Shown piece after piece: positions 1-14,999 of a DNA stretch of 64,000 nucleotides; position 1 is the stretch's first letter; each line of letters opens with the position of its first letter. Made by a program: the position numbers and the translations under genes. The notes beneath the pieces are model-generated. The model worked only from the letters and a program-made list of their open reading frames with translations, searched no databases and was not told the DNA's origin. Source of the stretch: Cycas panzhihuaensis (lineage: Eukaryota > Plantae > Cycadophyta). Where the stretch lies: contig CM041465.1 in NCBI GenBank assembly GCA_023213395.1, positions 33,921,741-33,985,740 of the forward strand, written 5' to 3'.

Positions 1-3000
1 TTGTCATTACTTGCTAAAAATACTTGATGATAAGTTAGCATGTGAAGTGAGGTGAGAAAAATGCTAACACCCAGGCCTTAAATAGCATTTGTATATGAAA
101 TTAAGCCTCCATATATCTTCCTATATATAGGAGGATCCCTCAGTTATGAGATGCCTAGTTATAGTAAGTCTTAGGTAGTCATTGACTTTCTGACTCTGTA
201 ATACATTGGTTAGTAGTCAGTGCTAAGAAGCTACTCTCTATGTACCTTTGAGTATATTAGAGAGTTTGTAGAAGAAACACTCCCTCAACTAGAAACTTCA
301 TATACCCTAATTATAAATAGATCTAGACATACTTAGGAAGTGATAAAAAATACTAAAACCCCTCGTTTGGATATACTTGGCTAGTAATTCAAAGGACATT
401 TAGATACTATAATAGGGAATATCTCATAAACAATCAATAATAAATTTAGATACACCTAGATAGTGGCTAGAAGTACTAAAACTACTAATTGAGATAGACC
501 TCTAGAGTGATCTAAGGAAATTTTTGAAACTACAGTAAGGAATATTTTATAGAGCATTAGGAATTTAGAAAATCTAATAACATAGAAGTAATCCAGACCA
601 AAAGAGAGTCTACAGTGTAAAAATTTAACTTATGGTTGCCTATCATAAATTGATCCTCTCATTGAGATAATTATTTTAATATAGATATCTAGTAACCTAA
701 CTAGATAACCTAAGGAAGTTAATATAGCTAGTGGTTGTAGAACCCACGACCTCTCATTATAAAAAATATATGATAATATTAAAACAATCTAGGCAACGTA
801 ATTAGCCATACTACAATAGTTATTCAATTTGGATAAGTTGAATGAAATTGAATATATTAATAGTAGTTTGACTGGGATGAATGCCAAATATAATTTCATG
901 AATCTATAAATATAATAAGTTGAGTACTCATCCACAAGATAGGGTACCAATAGAAGCCAATAATCTTCGAATGAACCCCAAGCTAGTAGCACATTTTTAC
1001 ACCCTAAGTTAGAGTTTCCGAAATTTTCTTGTGAAGATCCAACTAGTTATTTATAAAAGGCAAAATAATATTTCTTTGTCCACTAGATGCCTATGGACCA
1101 AAGAGTTTCCATAGCTTCATTCCACCTAGAACATAAGGCAATCTAGTAATACTAGTAGCTAGAAAAAATATATGGTGTCCTCACATGGCATGAATTTAGA
1201 AAATACCTACTCATATGATTTGGACCAAGTGAATATAAAAACTTCAAAGGGACCTTAACTAAATTAAAACAAATTCATTTTATCTACAAGTATCATATGC
1301 AGCTTGAGAAATTGGAAAATCAAACAATAAGACTTGATGAGGCTTTCTTCATGAGTTGTTTTATCACTAGCTTAAAAGAAGACATTCATGTAGAAATTAC
1401 AATGTTTTAGTCCACTACTTTTATAGAAGGCTTAGGTTAGAAAAGTTAGTTGAGGATAAATTTATCACTATGTTTCGATCATTTAAAACTCTATAAGTTT
1501 GAACCACATAGTTGATTCAACCAAACCCAGCCCAAGGCACTAAAACACCACATATCAAGAACTTAAATCATAAAGAGATAATTGCCTATAGAGCAAGGAG
1601 GCTATGTTGTCATAAATGTAAAGAATAGAAACTCTATTTATTAGATCTTGAGGCACCTTCCATAACTAACATGTCAGATGCCTTAAATTATAACTTGAAG
1701 GATGAACAAATTGAAGACACCATTGGTAATGATGAACTTGGCCCCAAAATTCCAATGCATGCATTAGTTAAAAGATCGCATCCTAAACCATCAAGGTATT
1801 AGGAGATTGCAAGGGGTATTATTAGACTATTCTCATTAACTTAGATAGAACCCATAATTTTACTGATCCTAGCATAGCCAAATAGAGAAGACATTATATT
1901 TATCCACTCAATAACTTTGAGGTAACTATATTTAATAGAGAAATGTTGGATTGTAAGGGAAAATGTCAAAACATCAAGTTATCCATGGTAGACTAAACCA
2001 TAAAATTAGATATGTTCACATTCCAATTAAATGGTTGTGACATGGTATTGAAGGCTTAATAGCTTCACATGTTGGGATCCATCCTATGGGATTTCACTAA
2101 GTTATGGATATTATTTATAGTTAACAAATAATAATACATCTTGGTGGATATGATGGCTAATCTCACCTAAATTATTAGCTCCCACTGAATGGAGAAATTA
2201 TTAGAAAGGGGTCTTGAGGAAGTGGTGACTCAATTGTGTATAGTACAAATGATAAAAATAACTAACTCAACGTCAAACATAATGTTGAATGTAACTATCC
2301 TTATTGACTTATGATTCGTCTTTGAAAGCCATTGCCCAATATTTGTAAACCACTAATGACTACCACCTTGATACTTGCAGGACCATGGTATATAATTAAT
2401 TCTAAGTAACTTATTACAATATATGATTATATCGATGCCCCTACATATGAAAAATAAAAATTAAGAAGATAGCCAAAGAATTACTGGATGCAGGGGTCAT
2501 TAGACCAAGTGTTAGCATCTTTTCCTCTCTAGTAATCTTGGTTAGAAAGAAATATGGGCCACAGTAATTGTATATGGATTTCTAGGAGTTCAACAAAATC
2601 ACCATCAAGAACAAATTTCTTATTCTATTGATTGATGAATTTTTAGATGAATTATATGGTGTTTGTTTTTTCTCCAAATTAGACCTATAGTCTGGCTACC
2701 ACCAAATCTAGATATAGGAAGAGGATATTCCCAAGACAACCTTTTGCACTCATGAAGACCATTATGAGTTCTTGATAATGTTGTATGGCCTCACAAATAC
2801 ACCATCCATCTTCTAGAGCTTAATGAATCAAAATTTTTTACCCTTCCTTCAAAATTTTATACCAGTATTCTTTAATAACATCTTAGTATACAACAAAATG
2901 TAGGAGGATCATCTGATTCACTTAGACCAAGCTTTGTAACTTCTAGTAAAAAATAACTTTTATGCCAAGTGTTCTAAATATTCCTTTAGTACCATCAAAG

Positions 3001-5439
3001 TAAAATACCTTAGACATATTATTTCAATAAAGGGCATTAAAGTAGACCTAACAACAATAAAGACATGTAAAATTTGCCAAAGTTAAAGTCCCTCAAAAGT
3101 CTTCATAGATTTTTGGGCCTCATGAGCTATTGCTATAAATTTATTAAAGACTATATTAAAATCATAGCTCCATTAACCACATTACTAAAATAGAATGCCT
3201 TTCAATAGTCAAAATTGGTAGAGTATATTTTTAATGTTCTTAAGGAGACTGTATATCACACACACATACTAGCTATGCCTAACTTTTCTAAGCCATTCGT
3301 CATTGAAAGTGATGCCTTGAGAATGGGAATTGGCATGGCCTTGATGCAAGAAGGGTAACCACTCATATTTATTGTTAACCACTAGCAGTTGTACATTATG
3401 GGATATCATTTGTACATCAAGACTAATTGTCATAGTCATAAATATTTCCTAGAGCAATGGGTCTCATCGCTTGAACAACAAAAGTGGGCTATTGAGTTAT
3501 TGGGCTATGACTATGAGATTATCTACAAAAGGGGAAAGGAAAATATGGTGGTCAACATACTATCATGCAAGTTTGAGGATGAAGGTACATTATGTACTTT
3601 TTTCTTACCAACCCTAGATTAGTTGAAAGAAATTACACAATAATTGCAACATGATACATAAATACAACTCATTCAATAATTAAGAGTCAATTCCATAACT
3701 AAACTTGGATACTCCTACGATGGCCACTATTTACACTATAAGGGATACACTGTGCTTTTGACTAAATGCAATCTTATAGATAAGTTATTATAAGAATTAT
3801 ATGTAGCACTTTGTACAGGACATCCTAGTTTTTTGAAGGCATACAATTGAGTCAAATGAAATTTTTTTTAGCATAGTATGAAAAGGGATATCAAAAGATT
3901 CATAGAAGAATGTGATATGTGCCAATGTTATAAAGGGGAAACAACAAAGACTTTAGGATTATTACAACCATTATCAATTCTAAAAATGGTATGGCAAGAC
4001 ATTTTTATGACTTTATTGAAGGGTTGTCCAAGTTTAGGAGTAAATCAATTAATTTTGTAGTAGTAGATTATCTTTCTAAGTATGCCCATTTTTTTTCATT
4101 GGCTCACCCATATAAAGCCACTACCATTGCCCAAGTTTCCTCAATAACATATTTTACATTCATAGTATATTAACCACCATTGTTTGCAACCATGATCCCA
4201 CTTTCACCAATTATTTTCTATACAAATTATTTAAGCTATAAGGAACACAATTAAAAATAAGTGTGACTTACCACCCATAAACTGATGATCAAACCAAGGT
4301 GTTTAATAAATGCTTGGAAATATATTTATGTTGTTTTATGTTTAAATACCAAACTCATTAAGTAAAGTAGTTACCTCTTGCTAAATGTTGTTACAACACC
4401 TGTTATCACTCAATAATAAAGATCACCCCATATAAAACAGTTTTCAACCAACCTCTATTATTTTTTTTATCATATCTTCCAAGTAAGATGAAGGTATACG
4501 ATGTTGACACAACTCTTAGCAACTAGGAGACCCTACTCTGTAACCTCAAGAACAACTTGCCATATGTTGAGAATAGGATGAAATAGCATATTGATCAACA
4601 CCATTTAGAATGCCCATTCGCTAAAGAGGATATAGACTTCTTGCACCTCCAACCTTAGAAACAAACATCCTTAAAGTATAAAGGTCAACAAACACTCATT
4701 CCAAAATTTCATGGGTCGTATTATGTGACACAAAAGATAGGCCAAGTTACTTATAAGCTAGACCTACCTCTATCCTCCAAGATACATCCAAATTTCTATA
4801 TGTCTTATTTGAAGAAGGTTTTTGAATAATAGTTACATGTGTAATCATCACTCCCTAAGTTGGATAATAAAGGATTTATCATCCTCACACTAGAAGAAAT
4901 CTTACATTATTAAATGTGCCAACTTCATAACTGTGTCATTACAAAAATTTTGGTCTAGTGGCAAGGCATGTAACTAGAAGATTCCACATAGGAACCTCTT
5001 CACCATCTCTAACAATAGTTTCTACAATTCAAGCCTTAAGGATAATACTTTTCAAAGGGGAAAGACATGTTAGGACCTTTGCATCCTAAGCATTTATTAT
5101 AAAAAGTCATGCCATAGTTATAATATAAAATGCATTATAATAGTCATAATACAAATCATGTGTTTATTTCAGTATATAATAAATTATCCCACATGCACCA
5201 CTTAATAAAATGACTAGGATAAGCCTCTCCTTTATAATTGTAATTTTTGTAGTCTTGAGGATATATTTGAATTTCTCATAATTTAACTTTACTCTTAAGA
5301 AGGTTAACAGCTTACGATATTATAAGTAAATCTTTATGAATATTAGCATTTGGATAATTTTGATAATCTTATGAGTTGAGTTATATTTTTTTGCATATTA
5401 TTATTTTTAGTATTTGTGATTGCAAGTAGTATCATACTA
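1..5439 (+). mobile_element. G1: Ty3/gypsy chromovirus (Reina-like), decayed; 5' LTR lies outside the window
   Basis: Domain order gag (~990-1700), protease (~1800-2100), RT (DKFPIP.IDE-like and YHQI motifs, 2450-3100), RNase H (ORF 3389-3622), integrase (ORFs 3878-4060, 3991-4173), chromodomain-like FLV.W...DSTWE (~4930-5010). PPT AAAGGGGAAAG at 5054-5064, then TGTTAGG at 5068. Confidence 0.9.
5068..5439 (+). repeat. 3' LTR of G1
   Basis: Starts with TG directly after the PPT. Ends AGTAGTATCATACTA, matching the G2 LTR end AGTGGTATCCTACCA. Copia RT sequence resumes immediately afterwards. Confidence 0.7.
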
Positions 5440-6634
5440 GACACAAGTGCTCAATGCAAATATTCCTTCTAATTTTGAGTATGCATGTTAGATATAAGAG
5501 TGGAAAATAACTATAAATGTTGAAATCCAAATTGTAAAACAAAACAAAAGTTGAGACTTAGTTGAATTGCCAGTAGGTAAGTAAATAATTGGTTGTAAAT
5601 GGGTTTGTAAGACCAAATATAAGTATAACATCTCAATTGATAAATGTAAAGCAAAATTGATTGTAAAAGACATCAAGTAGATAAGAGGAGTCAACTACCA
5701 AGAGACATTTTCTCTAATAGCAAAGATAATGATAGTTAAAATCATTTTGATTATAGTTGCTTAATTTAAATGGTAACCACACCAACTCAACATCAAAATT
5801 ACTTTCTCTAATGGAGATCTCATAGAAGAAGCATATATAGAGCAGCCACATAGGTCTGTTATAAAGGGTAAGGAACACCTCATGTGCCATTTGAAAAAAA
5901 CTTTGTAAAGTTTGAAGTAGGTTCCAAAAGCTTGGCATTAAAAGATTGACTAATATTTTATAAAGAATGAGTTTAGAAAATCACTAATTAATTTAAACCT
6001 ACACATCAAAGTATAAGATAGGAGGTTTACCATCTTTGTAATTGTATATGTGGATTATTTGGTCATCATAGGTTATGATACGTTAATGGTTGAAGAACTT
6101 TAGAATGACCTCAAAAATATATTTAAGATAATATATCTAAGACTATTCCACTATTTTCTCAAACTAGAGATACAATAGAAATTTATAAATATCTTTAATT
6201 TGCAAGTTAAATGCATATTGAAAATTATGAAAAATTTTAGAATGGAGGGCTATAAACTTGTTTTAACCACCATGGAGACAAGGACAAAATTATTAACTAA
6301 GGATAACGGAAACTGGGTAGATGGAATGTTATACAAGCAACTAGTTAGTAGTCTTGTTTATTTAACTACAAGTAGGCTAGATATCACTTTTGTAGTTGGG
6401 ATGGTTTTGAGGTTCATGTTAGGGTTGAAATAGAGCTACTAGAAATCTTTAAAGATGATTCTTATATACTTATAGAAAACTCTAAAGTATGTATTGGAAT
6501 TCAGCCATAACAATAATTTTAGGTTAGAAAGATATTTATATTCTAATTGGGTTAAATGCATGGATAGTAGAAAATCTACTTCAACATATTATTTTAATTT
6601 GGGATCTATTATAATTAATTAAAGTAACAAGAAA
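5440..6634 (+). pseudogene. C1 copia pol, RT to start of RNase H (left part)
   Basis: Decayed LVELP.GK..IGCKWV, IVYVDYL (YVDD), ORF 6200-6433 (YKQLVSSLVYLTTSRLDITFVVG). Stops at the SKK codons where C2 is inserted. Confidence 0.9.
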
Positions 6635-6879
6635 TATTGGAATAGAATACACATTCAATATAATTGACTAAGTAAATGTTCATGTATAATTAGCTAATAT
6701 AATGGCTAAATATTATTGGTTGTAAGTACAAAAAATAATCTCGCATATGCCTATAACATGACTATAAATACACCTACAAGGTGAGATGTAACAAGATTGA
6801 GATTAAGTCTATAGTATAATTATTCTAATATTATTTTGTTATTCCTAGGTAATGATATCCTATACTTACATTTCTAACA
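6635..6879 (+). repeat. C2 5' LTR (245 bp)
   Basis: TATTGG...TTTCTAACA, colinear with 26845-27089 but strongly diverged; followed by the PBS. Confidence 0.9.
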
Positions 6880-6890
6880 TGGTATCAGAG
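6880..6890 (+). promoter_or_regulatory. Primer-binding site (tRNA-iMet) of C2
   Basis: TGGTATCAGAG, the canonical plant iMet PBS, directly after the LTR-terminal CA. Confidence 0.9.
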
Positions 6891-8745
6891 TAATTAATAA
6901 AGATGAGAAGTTAAACATGGTAATATAATGAAGTTTTGCTCAACTAAAAATTATCAGTTATTGTTGTCACATCAATATTATTCTACAAGTCATAAATTTA
7001 TTAATTTGATCAAGTTATTTGCTTCTTAATATTTGATTAATGCTTGAAATTAGTTATTAAGGGTCCCATACTTTATTGAGTGAAGAAAAACCCATTTACA
7101 TGACTTAATACCTTTTTTTGTTTGTGAAAATGCCAAATCTATTTAGACTTATTAAACTTCATTTTGAGTATACACCTAAGAACTAAAAAAAGTTGTTTGT
7201 CCTATTTTAGTCCATTCAAATCTATTCAAAACCTATTTTACCTTATTTAATAAAATTTTGAACCACTCCTTATCAAAATTTTTTATCACTATCATAATGA
7301 CCTGCTCACCACCTTATTTACCTAGCAAATTTGACATTAAGTCATATTGTCAACTACTTTATTTGTACCCATGCATTATCTACCTATACCACCTATTTGG
7401 TTATACATGCCATCGTCTTCATCTTTATGTAAAGATGTGTCTCTTGTGTAATAAAATTATGTATGAAACCATACACCCAACGTGCCTAAGATAGTATGAG
7501 TTCTACCTTATATTAATACCTAGGTGATATTTTTGTAACTACTTTGCATTGGCTAGGCACTTACATAATCCTTTATATGAACTCCCTTATGTTTTATTAT
7601 GTTTATCATGTGTGAAGAGTGAGTTGGCCCTATGTATGATCTCCCTTTCATCTACATTGGTTCACAACCTTTCGTATGTTATTAAGCACCTACCAAGTTC
7701 CTCCTACTCTGCCTCCTTTGTATGCTCCTACTCCAGTGCCTAAGTAATCCAATGAGATTTCATATATGTTGAAGTTGTTAAGACTCCTAAACAAAGCTCT
7801 TATGTAAATCACCTCTATTTCTATGAGACGAGCATCATGTGTAACATAGCAAACTATCAATAGCCCTATGCATGGCCCTACACCTCAAGCAATCACCTAT
7901 GTTCAAGCTTATTCAAGCATGAAATTCACTTCACCTATTCACACACTCGCCCAAGCATTTTTTAAGGACTTAATCAAGTATTTTCATCAAATTTGAATGA
8001 TTTTTATAGAGTATTGCCACTTGTAGGTCCTCTATTAAAGGTCAATCACTTTTCTAATATTCGACCATGGCTTAAATGTTTCACAAAGCTTTTGATATAT
8101 TAAGCTAGATTGTAATTCTATTTATAGTGTGTAGAGCCCCCTTCATTCTAGCTCCCAATCATATGAAATTACCAAGCGACCTTAGCTAAAGAGAAAAAGA
8201 GGCTAAAGGCTCTAAAATTCATTTTTTAGTCCATTTTTTATGTACTTATGTTCTTTTGATTATAACTCTATAACCATGAGTCCAATTTGTGAATTGTCTA
8301 AACTATTAGAATTGTAATTCAAGGATGATCATTTTGATATATAGTTTGAAGCATTTTTTAGTTACTTCCATAGAGATGCTTTTGGTTGAAATTAACACTT
8401 TATTTAGAGCTTTATATGGTAGACAACAAAGAAAATTTTCATGAATATTTGATGATCATTTTGATGTAATTTTTTAGCCACATTTCATAAATATTAAAGT
8501 TTAATTTTTAGCCCTAAGGGAAGTTTATTTTAAACCCTAGTGGTGGCCTAATTAAGCTTATTAATAAAAATTTTAAAGGAGGAAGAGGGTGGTCCCAATT
8601 TAAGAGATAGGTGATGGTGCATGTCCTATTTTGAAAGAATATATATGTTCTTGATTGTGCTTGCTTTCAGTGCTCCTGATTATAATCATGATTGATTTAT
8701 ATTTATGGTTTATTTGTAAATCTTGGTTGCTCATTTTTATTTACA

Positions 8746-10288
8746 ATGGATCCCTCATCATCATTAATTACTACTTTAAATTTGATGGTGACTCTTAAGT
8801 TTGATGAACAAAATTACTTTATTTGGTAAAGAAGAATTAAACCTGCTTCACAAGATTAAAAAATTATGGAAAATTATTTTCTAAAGGTTAAATTATTCCT
8901 ATTCCTAGTTTTCCAACAACTTAGTTGACTCCTAATAAAAAGAAACTTAAAGATGAACTCGAAAGGGAAAATAGTGAAACACTTTCCTTCATATTTTCTA
9001 CTATTCATGATGTTATATTTCCTTGTATTTGTAATCTTAGTATTTCTCATAATACTTTTAAAACTTCATTTAAATAAGGTAGTAATACTAGAATTTCAAA
9101 TTTGAGAAGAAACTTTGAAAATCTTAAGATGTCTCCTTTTGAATCTATCAATGCATTTATTACTAGAGTTTATGATATTATAAATCAATTAAGTTCATTA
9201 GGAAAATAAGTACCAGAACAAAGAGTTATATAAAAAAATTTGAGAAGTATTGGAGAGATAAGAAAATTTGAAACTATGACCATAATAATTGAAGTGACAA
9301 AGAACTTATCAACACTAACGATTGGTGAGATACTCTTAATACTATTGATAGAAGAAGAAAAAAAAGATTCAATTGATAATTTGGAACAAGCCTTTTCTTC
9401 TAAGACAACCATACAGAAAAAATTTAGGAGACCACAAAGGCTAGCTTAAGAACCAGCATCAAAATCAACATAAGTATCTAGATTAAGACTAGCATTACCA
9501 TCATCATCAACATCAACATATAGAAAATAAAATTTTACATATAAATAAGGACAATTTAAAACATGAAGAGGAAGATCAAGAGGAAGAATTTTTTCAAGAG
9601 GAAGAAATCCTACACCATCAAGAGGAAGAAGTTCATTAAGAGGAAGAGGAAGAACATTATCTAGAGGAATTGGAAGAGGAAGATAATTCATTTCAAATTG
9701 TTATAAATGTGGAATATAAGGATATTTTTTATATGAATGTTATAAAGATGATATGGTAAATTCAACAACAAATAGAAATAAAAATATTTTATATTCAAAT
9801 TTGAATGTTTAATTATCTAATAAAAAAATAGTGATATATTGATTCTAGTTTTTCAAAACATATGTCCTATAATGTAGATATGTTTTCTCAAATTTAAGAA
9901 GAAAACAATCAAAGGAAAGTCATTTTTGAAAATGACAATACTTAAGAAGTTTAAGGATAATGAGTTATGGTAATTCAAACTAAAAGTAGAGAAAATAAGA
10001 ATATTCAAGATGTTTTATTTATACCTAGATTGAAAAAAAAAAATTATCTATTGGATAAATGATGGAACAATAATATAAAGTAGTTTTTTATAATAAAGAA
10101 TACGAAATGAGTGACAACCTAAACAATGGTATCATAGTTACTAAAAACCAAATGATAAAAAATAGATTATTCAAACTTATACTTTCTCCACATCTTCAAG
10201 TCTTGAAGACTTCACTTTTAAATGAGAATATACTTTGGCATCATAGATTTAGACATCTTGATTATGATGCATTTATTACCTTAAATAA
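8746..10288 (+). pseudogene. C2 gag, protease and GAG-pre-integrase (segment 1)
   Basis: ATG 8746; gag ORF remnant 9240-9449; RG-rich tract then a C..C zinc knuckle (~9560-9740); YIDS...HM protease (~9830); LWHHRFRHL (ORF 10107-10319). Confidence 0.85.
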
Positions 10289-10733
10289 TATTAGAATAGG
10301 CACATATACAAAGTCATAACATCACAAGAACAGAAAAGATATAAGAGAAAGAGACAATGCACATGTACACAGAGTTGACAGGTGGAAAACCCCTTCTGGG
10401 GAAGAAAAACCACCATGTCAAAGCTAAATTATATTAAGAAGAAATGTTATACAATACCATGATTAAAACTACCTATAAAAGCAAAAATCAGCCTTGTAAT
10501 AGGCTTCTGGGTAGCCTCCTTGAATCCAGGGATCATCTCCTTGAATCTAGGAGAAGTATTAATACCACAAAAGGTTTATTGAAATGGGTAGTTGCGTATT
10601 TCAACGACCTTCTACATAATAATTAAATAAAACTCTAAACATTTAACTTTAGAATCACTTAAATCAGAAATTACACATGTGACTTAAACAATAACTTAAG
10701 AATAATATAAAAGTGACATTAGCACTTCTAACA
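10289..10733 (-). repeat. C3 3' LTR
   Basis: Direct repeat of 17349-17792, abutting the PPT. Confidence 0.95.
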
Positions 10734-10789
10734 TCCCCCTTTAATGATAACTTTTATGCTATAAAAAAAGAAGGTCTCCATCACGTTGA

Positions 10790-13700
10790 TCCCCCTTTTA
10801 TGGAGACTTCTTTTATCTCCAACAGATCTCGAAGATTTAAAAACTTTACTTCAGTTAAAGACTTTGTAAGTATATTAGCAACCTGTAGATCTATTAGACA
10901 ATAAGACAATGAAATAATGTTATCAACAACAAGATTACGAATAAAATGCTGATGTAATTCTATATGTTTAGTCTTAGAATGTGAAACCAGATTTGTAGCA
11001 ATAGTAATTACACCTTAATTATCAACTTGAAGTTCAATAGAAGAGTTTAGAGATAGATCAATTTCATTTAGTAGAGATTTTAGCCAAAGTGCTTCATTGA
11101 TGGCTTCAACAAGTGCACGATATTCAGCTTTAGTTGTTGATAAAGCGAATGCCTACATTTTCTTACTAAACTAAGTAATAGGTGAGGAATCTATAAAAAA
11201 TACATAACTTGATGTATATTTTTTATCATTTATATCACCTACCTAATCTGAATCAGTATATCTAGTTAAAGTTAGAGGTTTACTATAAAAATTATAAGTT
11301 AGACCATAAAAAATTGTATGTTTAAGATATCGTAAGATATGTTTAGCAACTTTCTAATGAGATTCATGTAGCTGTTACATATAACGTAAATATAAAGTGA
11401 CAGCATAGGAAATGTCAGGGTGGGTATGAGTTAAATAAATAAGACTACCAATTAGTTGTCTATATAATGTAAGGTCACATAAAGGTGATAAACAATTAGT
11501 AGATAGTTTGACTCCTGATTGTAATGGATTAGATATGGATTTAGCATTTTCCATGTTAAACCATTGAATTAAGTCTAAAATATATTTTGGTTGTGATATT
11601 ATGATTTTTGAGTCATATTGATAGTTTTGTAATCTAAGAAAATAATGTAGGATACCTACATCAGTCATTTCGAATTTATTAATTAAAGTAGATTTTAAAT
11701 GATAAATGTTATTAGTTGATGATCTAGTGATTATGATATCATCAACATATAAGATTAAAATAGTAATATTTTTATTTTCATGTTTGAGATATAGATTTGG
11801 ATCACTAATACATCTAATGTATCTAATTTTAATTAAATAATCATCAACTTTAGTATACCAAGCTCGAGGAGCTTGTTTTAATCTATAAATAGATTTCTTT
11901 AGTTTATACACTAGATTAGGATTCTTAATAAAGTTAAGTGGCTGGGACATGTAGATATCTTATTTGAGATCACCATTCAGAAATGCACTCTTTACATCCA
12001 TTTGATAGATTTCCCAACTAAACTTGGCTGCTAGAGCAATAATTATTTTAATTGTGTTCATCTTTGCAATAGGGGCAAAGGTTTCATTATAATCTATGCC
12101 ATCAATTTACGAAAATCCTTTTGCAACGAGACGAGCTTTATATTTTTCAATAGTGCCTATTGAGTTGTATTTTGTTCTATAAACCCATTTACAGTCGACT
12201 ACATTTTTCCCAAGTGGGAGTGGTACGAGGTCCCAAGTTGAATTCTTGATTAAAGCATCGAATTCAGTTTGCATAGCTTCCTGCCATATAGGATTATTGC
12301 TAGCTTGTTTAAATGTTCTGGCATTATTATTATCCATTATTTTTTCCGTTAAGGCAAAGTTAACATGTAATTTTTAGGCATGAGTTCATTTGGTATCTAA
12401 AGGATTACCTACATCAAATCCAGCATCAGCAAGCATTTTCGTTGCCCAAACAGGTTGTTTGTTAGTAACTATTTCTGAAGTTACAAGTTGATTTGTAGAA
12501 CTAGTTTAAGAGGAGGAATCTATTTCATTAGATTTAGATAGAGTCTAATTTTGGACTTGAGTTGATAAGGATTCTATAATTTGTAGATCAGCTTGTTTGT
12601 CAGAGAGGTCAACCAAATAAGTGTTGGTTAACAAAATTTCAACAGGAAGTTCTACATAAGTAGATGTTGAAGAAGATCCTTCTTCATCAAATATTACGTC
12701 ACGCAAAATTAAAATTTGATACGTGACTGGATCCAAGAGTCTATAAGCTTTACTTTCTTCACTGTATCTAACGAAGATGTATTTTTGACTCTCAGGATCT
12801 AGTTTCTTATATTTTTCTTTTGGGATGTGTCTCCATGCAATACTTCTAAAGATTTGTAAATGATTAGCTGATGGTTTTCGTCCATACTATTTTTGTTCTA
12901 GAGTAACATTCTGTAGACATTTACTTAGTAAACGATTTAGAAGATAGTTGGAGTAGTTAATTGCTTCTGCCCACAACTTTATGTCAAGATTCTTTGCATG
13001 TAACATATAACGAGTCATCTCAACAAGAGTACGATTCTTGCGTTTAGCAACACCGTTTTGCTGAGGAGTGTATACAACAGAATGCTGGAACTAAATTATG
13101 TGCATTTTACATAAAGAAGTGAATTTTCCACTTAAATATTCCTTTGCATTATTGGATCGAAAAAATTTAATTTTTGAGTTTGATTAGTTTTCAACTAACA
13201 TTTTGTATTTAACGAAAATATCAAACACTTCACTACGTGTTTTAAGCATGTAAACCCAACATTTTCTTAAATAATCATCAATAAATGTAACAAACTAATG
13301 AGAGCCAGAGTATGATGTTACATGAAAGATCCACATATGTCAAAGTAAACAAGTTCAAGTGGAACAGTCTCTCTGAATTATGTTTTATGTGGGAATGGTT
13401 CCATGTGTTGCTTACCTGTCAGGCTTCGCAAACACCATGAACAGTGTTTAAGGGTGGAAGACCATGAACCATTTCATATTTTTTTAGATATTAAAGTTTG
13501 CCATAACTTGTATGGCCAAATTATGCATGTCAAAGTTTATTGGCTGAGTCAGATTTGGCGATAAAAGCACTAAAGTATTTTGTTTTGTTATTTTGTAGAC
13601 TTGTTAAACTATAGAGACTTGTGTTATGATCAACAAGTCCTAAGGCAATACGTCTAAATTTTTTTAATGGCTCTTTAATGATAAATTTATCTTTTCAGAA

Positions 13701-14999
13701 TTTGACAACAAGGTCTTTCTAGCAGATTTGATAAACAGAAAGTAGGTTTGGTAACAAACTTGGTACGTAGAAGATGTCAGTTATCGAACTGTCTTTTAAG
13801 GTAACATTACATGATCCTTTTACTTTAAGTTGTGTTCCACTTCCAAAAGAAATCTCTTCTTCAGAGTTAGTTTCAGATTGATAAGTGGATAAATTTTTTT
13901 GGTGTCCAGTCATATGATGGGATGCACTAGAGTCAAGGATCCATTATGGTGGTTGATTAGTTGGGGCAACAAATGCAGAAGTTATTACCATTAGAGAACG
14001 ATTAAGAGTTTGTCGGTTTTAAGATCATAATTGAAGTCAGGATTGAAGTTGATTTTGCAATCCCTTAGAAGCTTTCCATGCCTCCGAAGCTATTCTACTT
14101 CTATAGACATCAATAGTGTGACCTCTTTTATGACAATAGGCACAACTAGTGTTTTGAGAAGGATTTACATTGTTCCGATTAGGAAATGACTGATTAGGAG
14201 TATTATGATGTTTAGATGGACTAGAATACTTAGTATTATTTTGAAAATTAAATTGAAAACCTCTATGAGGTTTTTAAAATTTTGGATTAGAATTATTTTG
14301 TTGTTTGTTTTTGTTTTGTGGCTTAGTTTTGGAAAACAAAGCCTAGGAAGGATCTTTTAATATGCATGTTTGAATCAACATTGTTTGATGTTCAACCAGT
14401 TGGTTTGTTAACTGATTGAATGTGATTGGAGGATTGCCAGCTTGTTATCTGACAGTTTTAAAAAAATTAAAATGTTTTGGCAATTTATTTATTGCAAGAC
14501 AGACGAGTGTATTGTCGTCTTTAATATGCGTAATTATTTTTTCAATATCACCTTCTTTAGTTTTGGATTTAATACAATTACCTAGGTCTTTATTTATTAA
14601 TTAAATTTTACATAAAAAATCCTCAACATTGGTAAAATCATTATAAGTAAGGTCATACAGTTGCTGTTCTAAGACAGCTAGTTAATTTGTATCAATCTTA
14701 TCATATTTTTCTTACAGAGTTGTCCAGACAGTGGCTAGGTCATCTATTTCATAAAACTACCAACTAATTTCTAGTGAAAGTGAGTTTAATATGGTGCCTA
14801 AGGCTAAATCTGAGTTCATCAGATATACCATATAACTCTCTGTAGCTTCATCTTTTGGTTTTTTAAATTCACCTATCACATATCACCATATTTTTTGCTA
14901 TTTAAGCTAATGGGATATGTGATTCCTCCAGTTGGCATAGTTTGAGCCAGTTAAAACTGGAATCAGAACGTAGGTGGTTGTTCCTGGCATTAATGCCAT
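10790..14999 (-). pseudogene. C3 gag-pol, disrupted
   Basis: Start MALMPG..PVLTGSNYANW at 14999; protease ORF 13719-13913; integrase ~12700-13400; RT ORFs 12107-12337 and 11375-11950 (LYVDDII); RNase H ~10800-11280. Confidence 0.92.

Noticed and set aside
6880-6890. tRNA-Met genes at TGGTATCAGAG sites
   Set aside because: These are 11-12 nt primer-binding sites next to LTRs, with no cloverleaf.
9446-9691. Minus-strand ORF with LPL repeats
   Set aside because: Antisense shadow of the AGAGGA (Arg-Gly) repeats of C2 gag.
10380-10415. GGTGGAAAACCC..AAAAACCACC motif shared by C3, C5, C6 and the 50205 LTR as a novel element
   Set aside because: A common motif in plant copia LTRs to my knowledge, so not novel.
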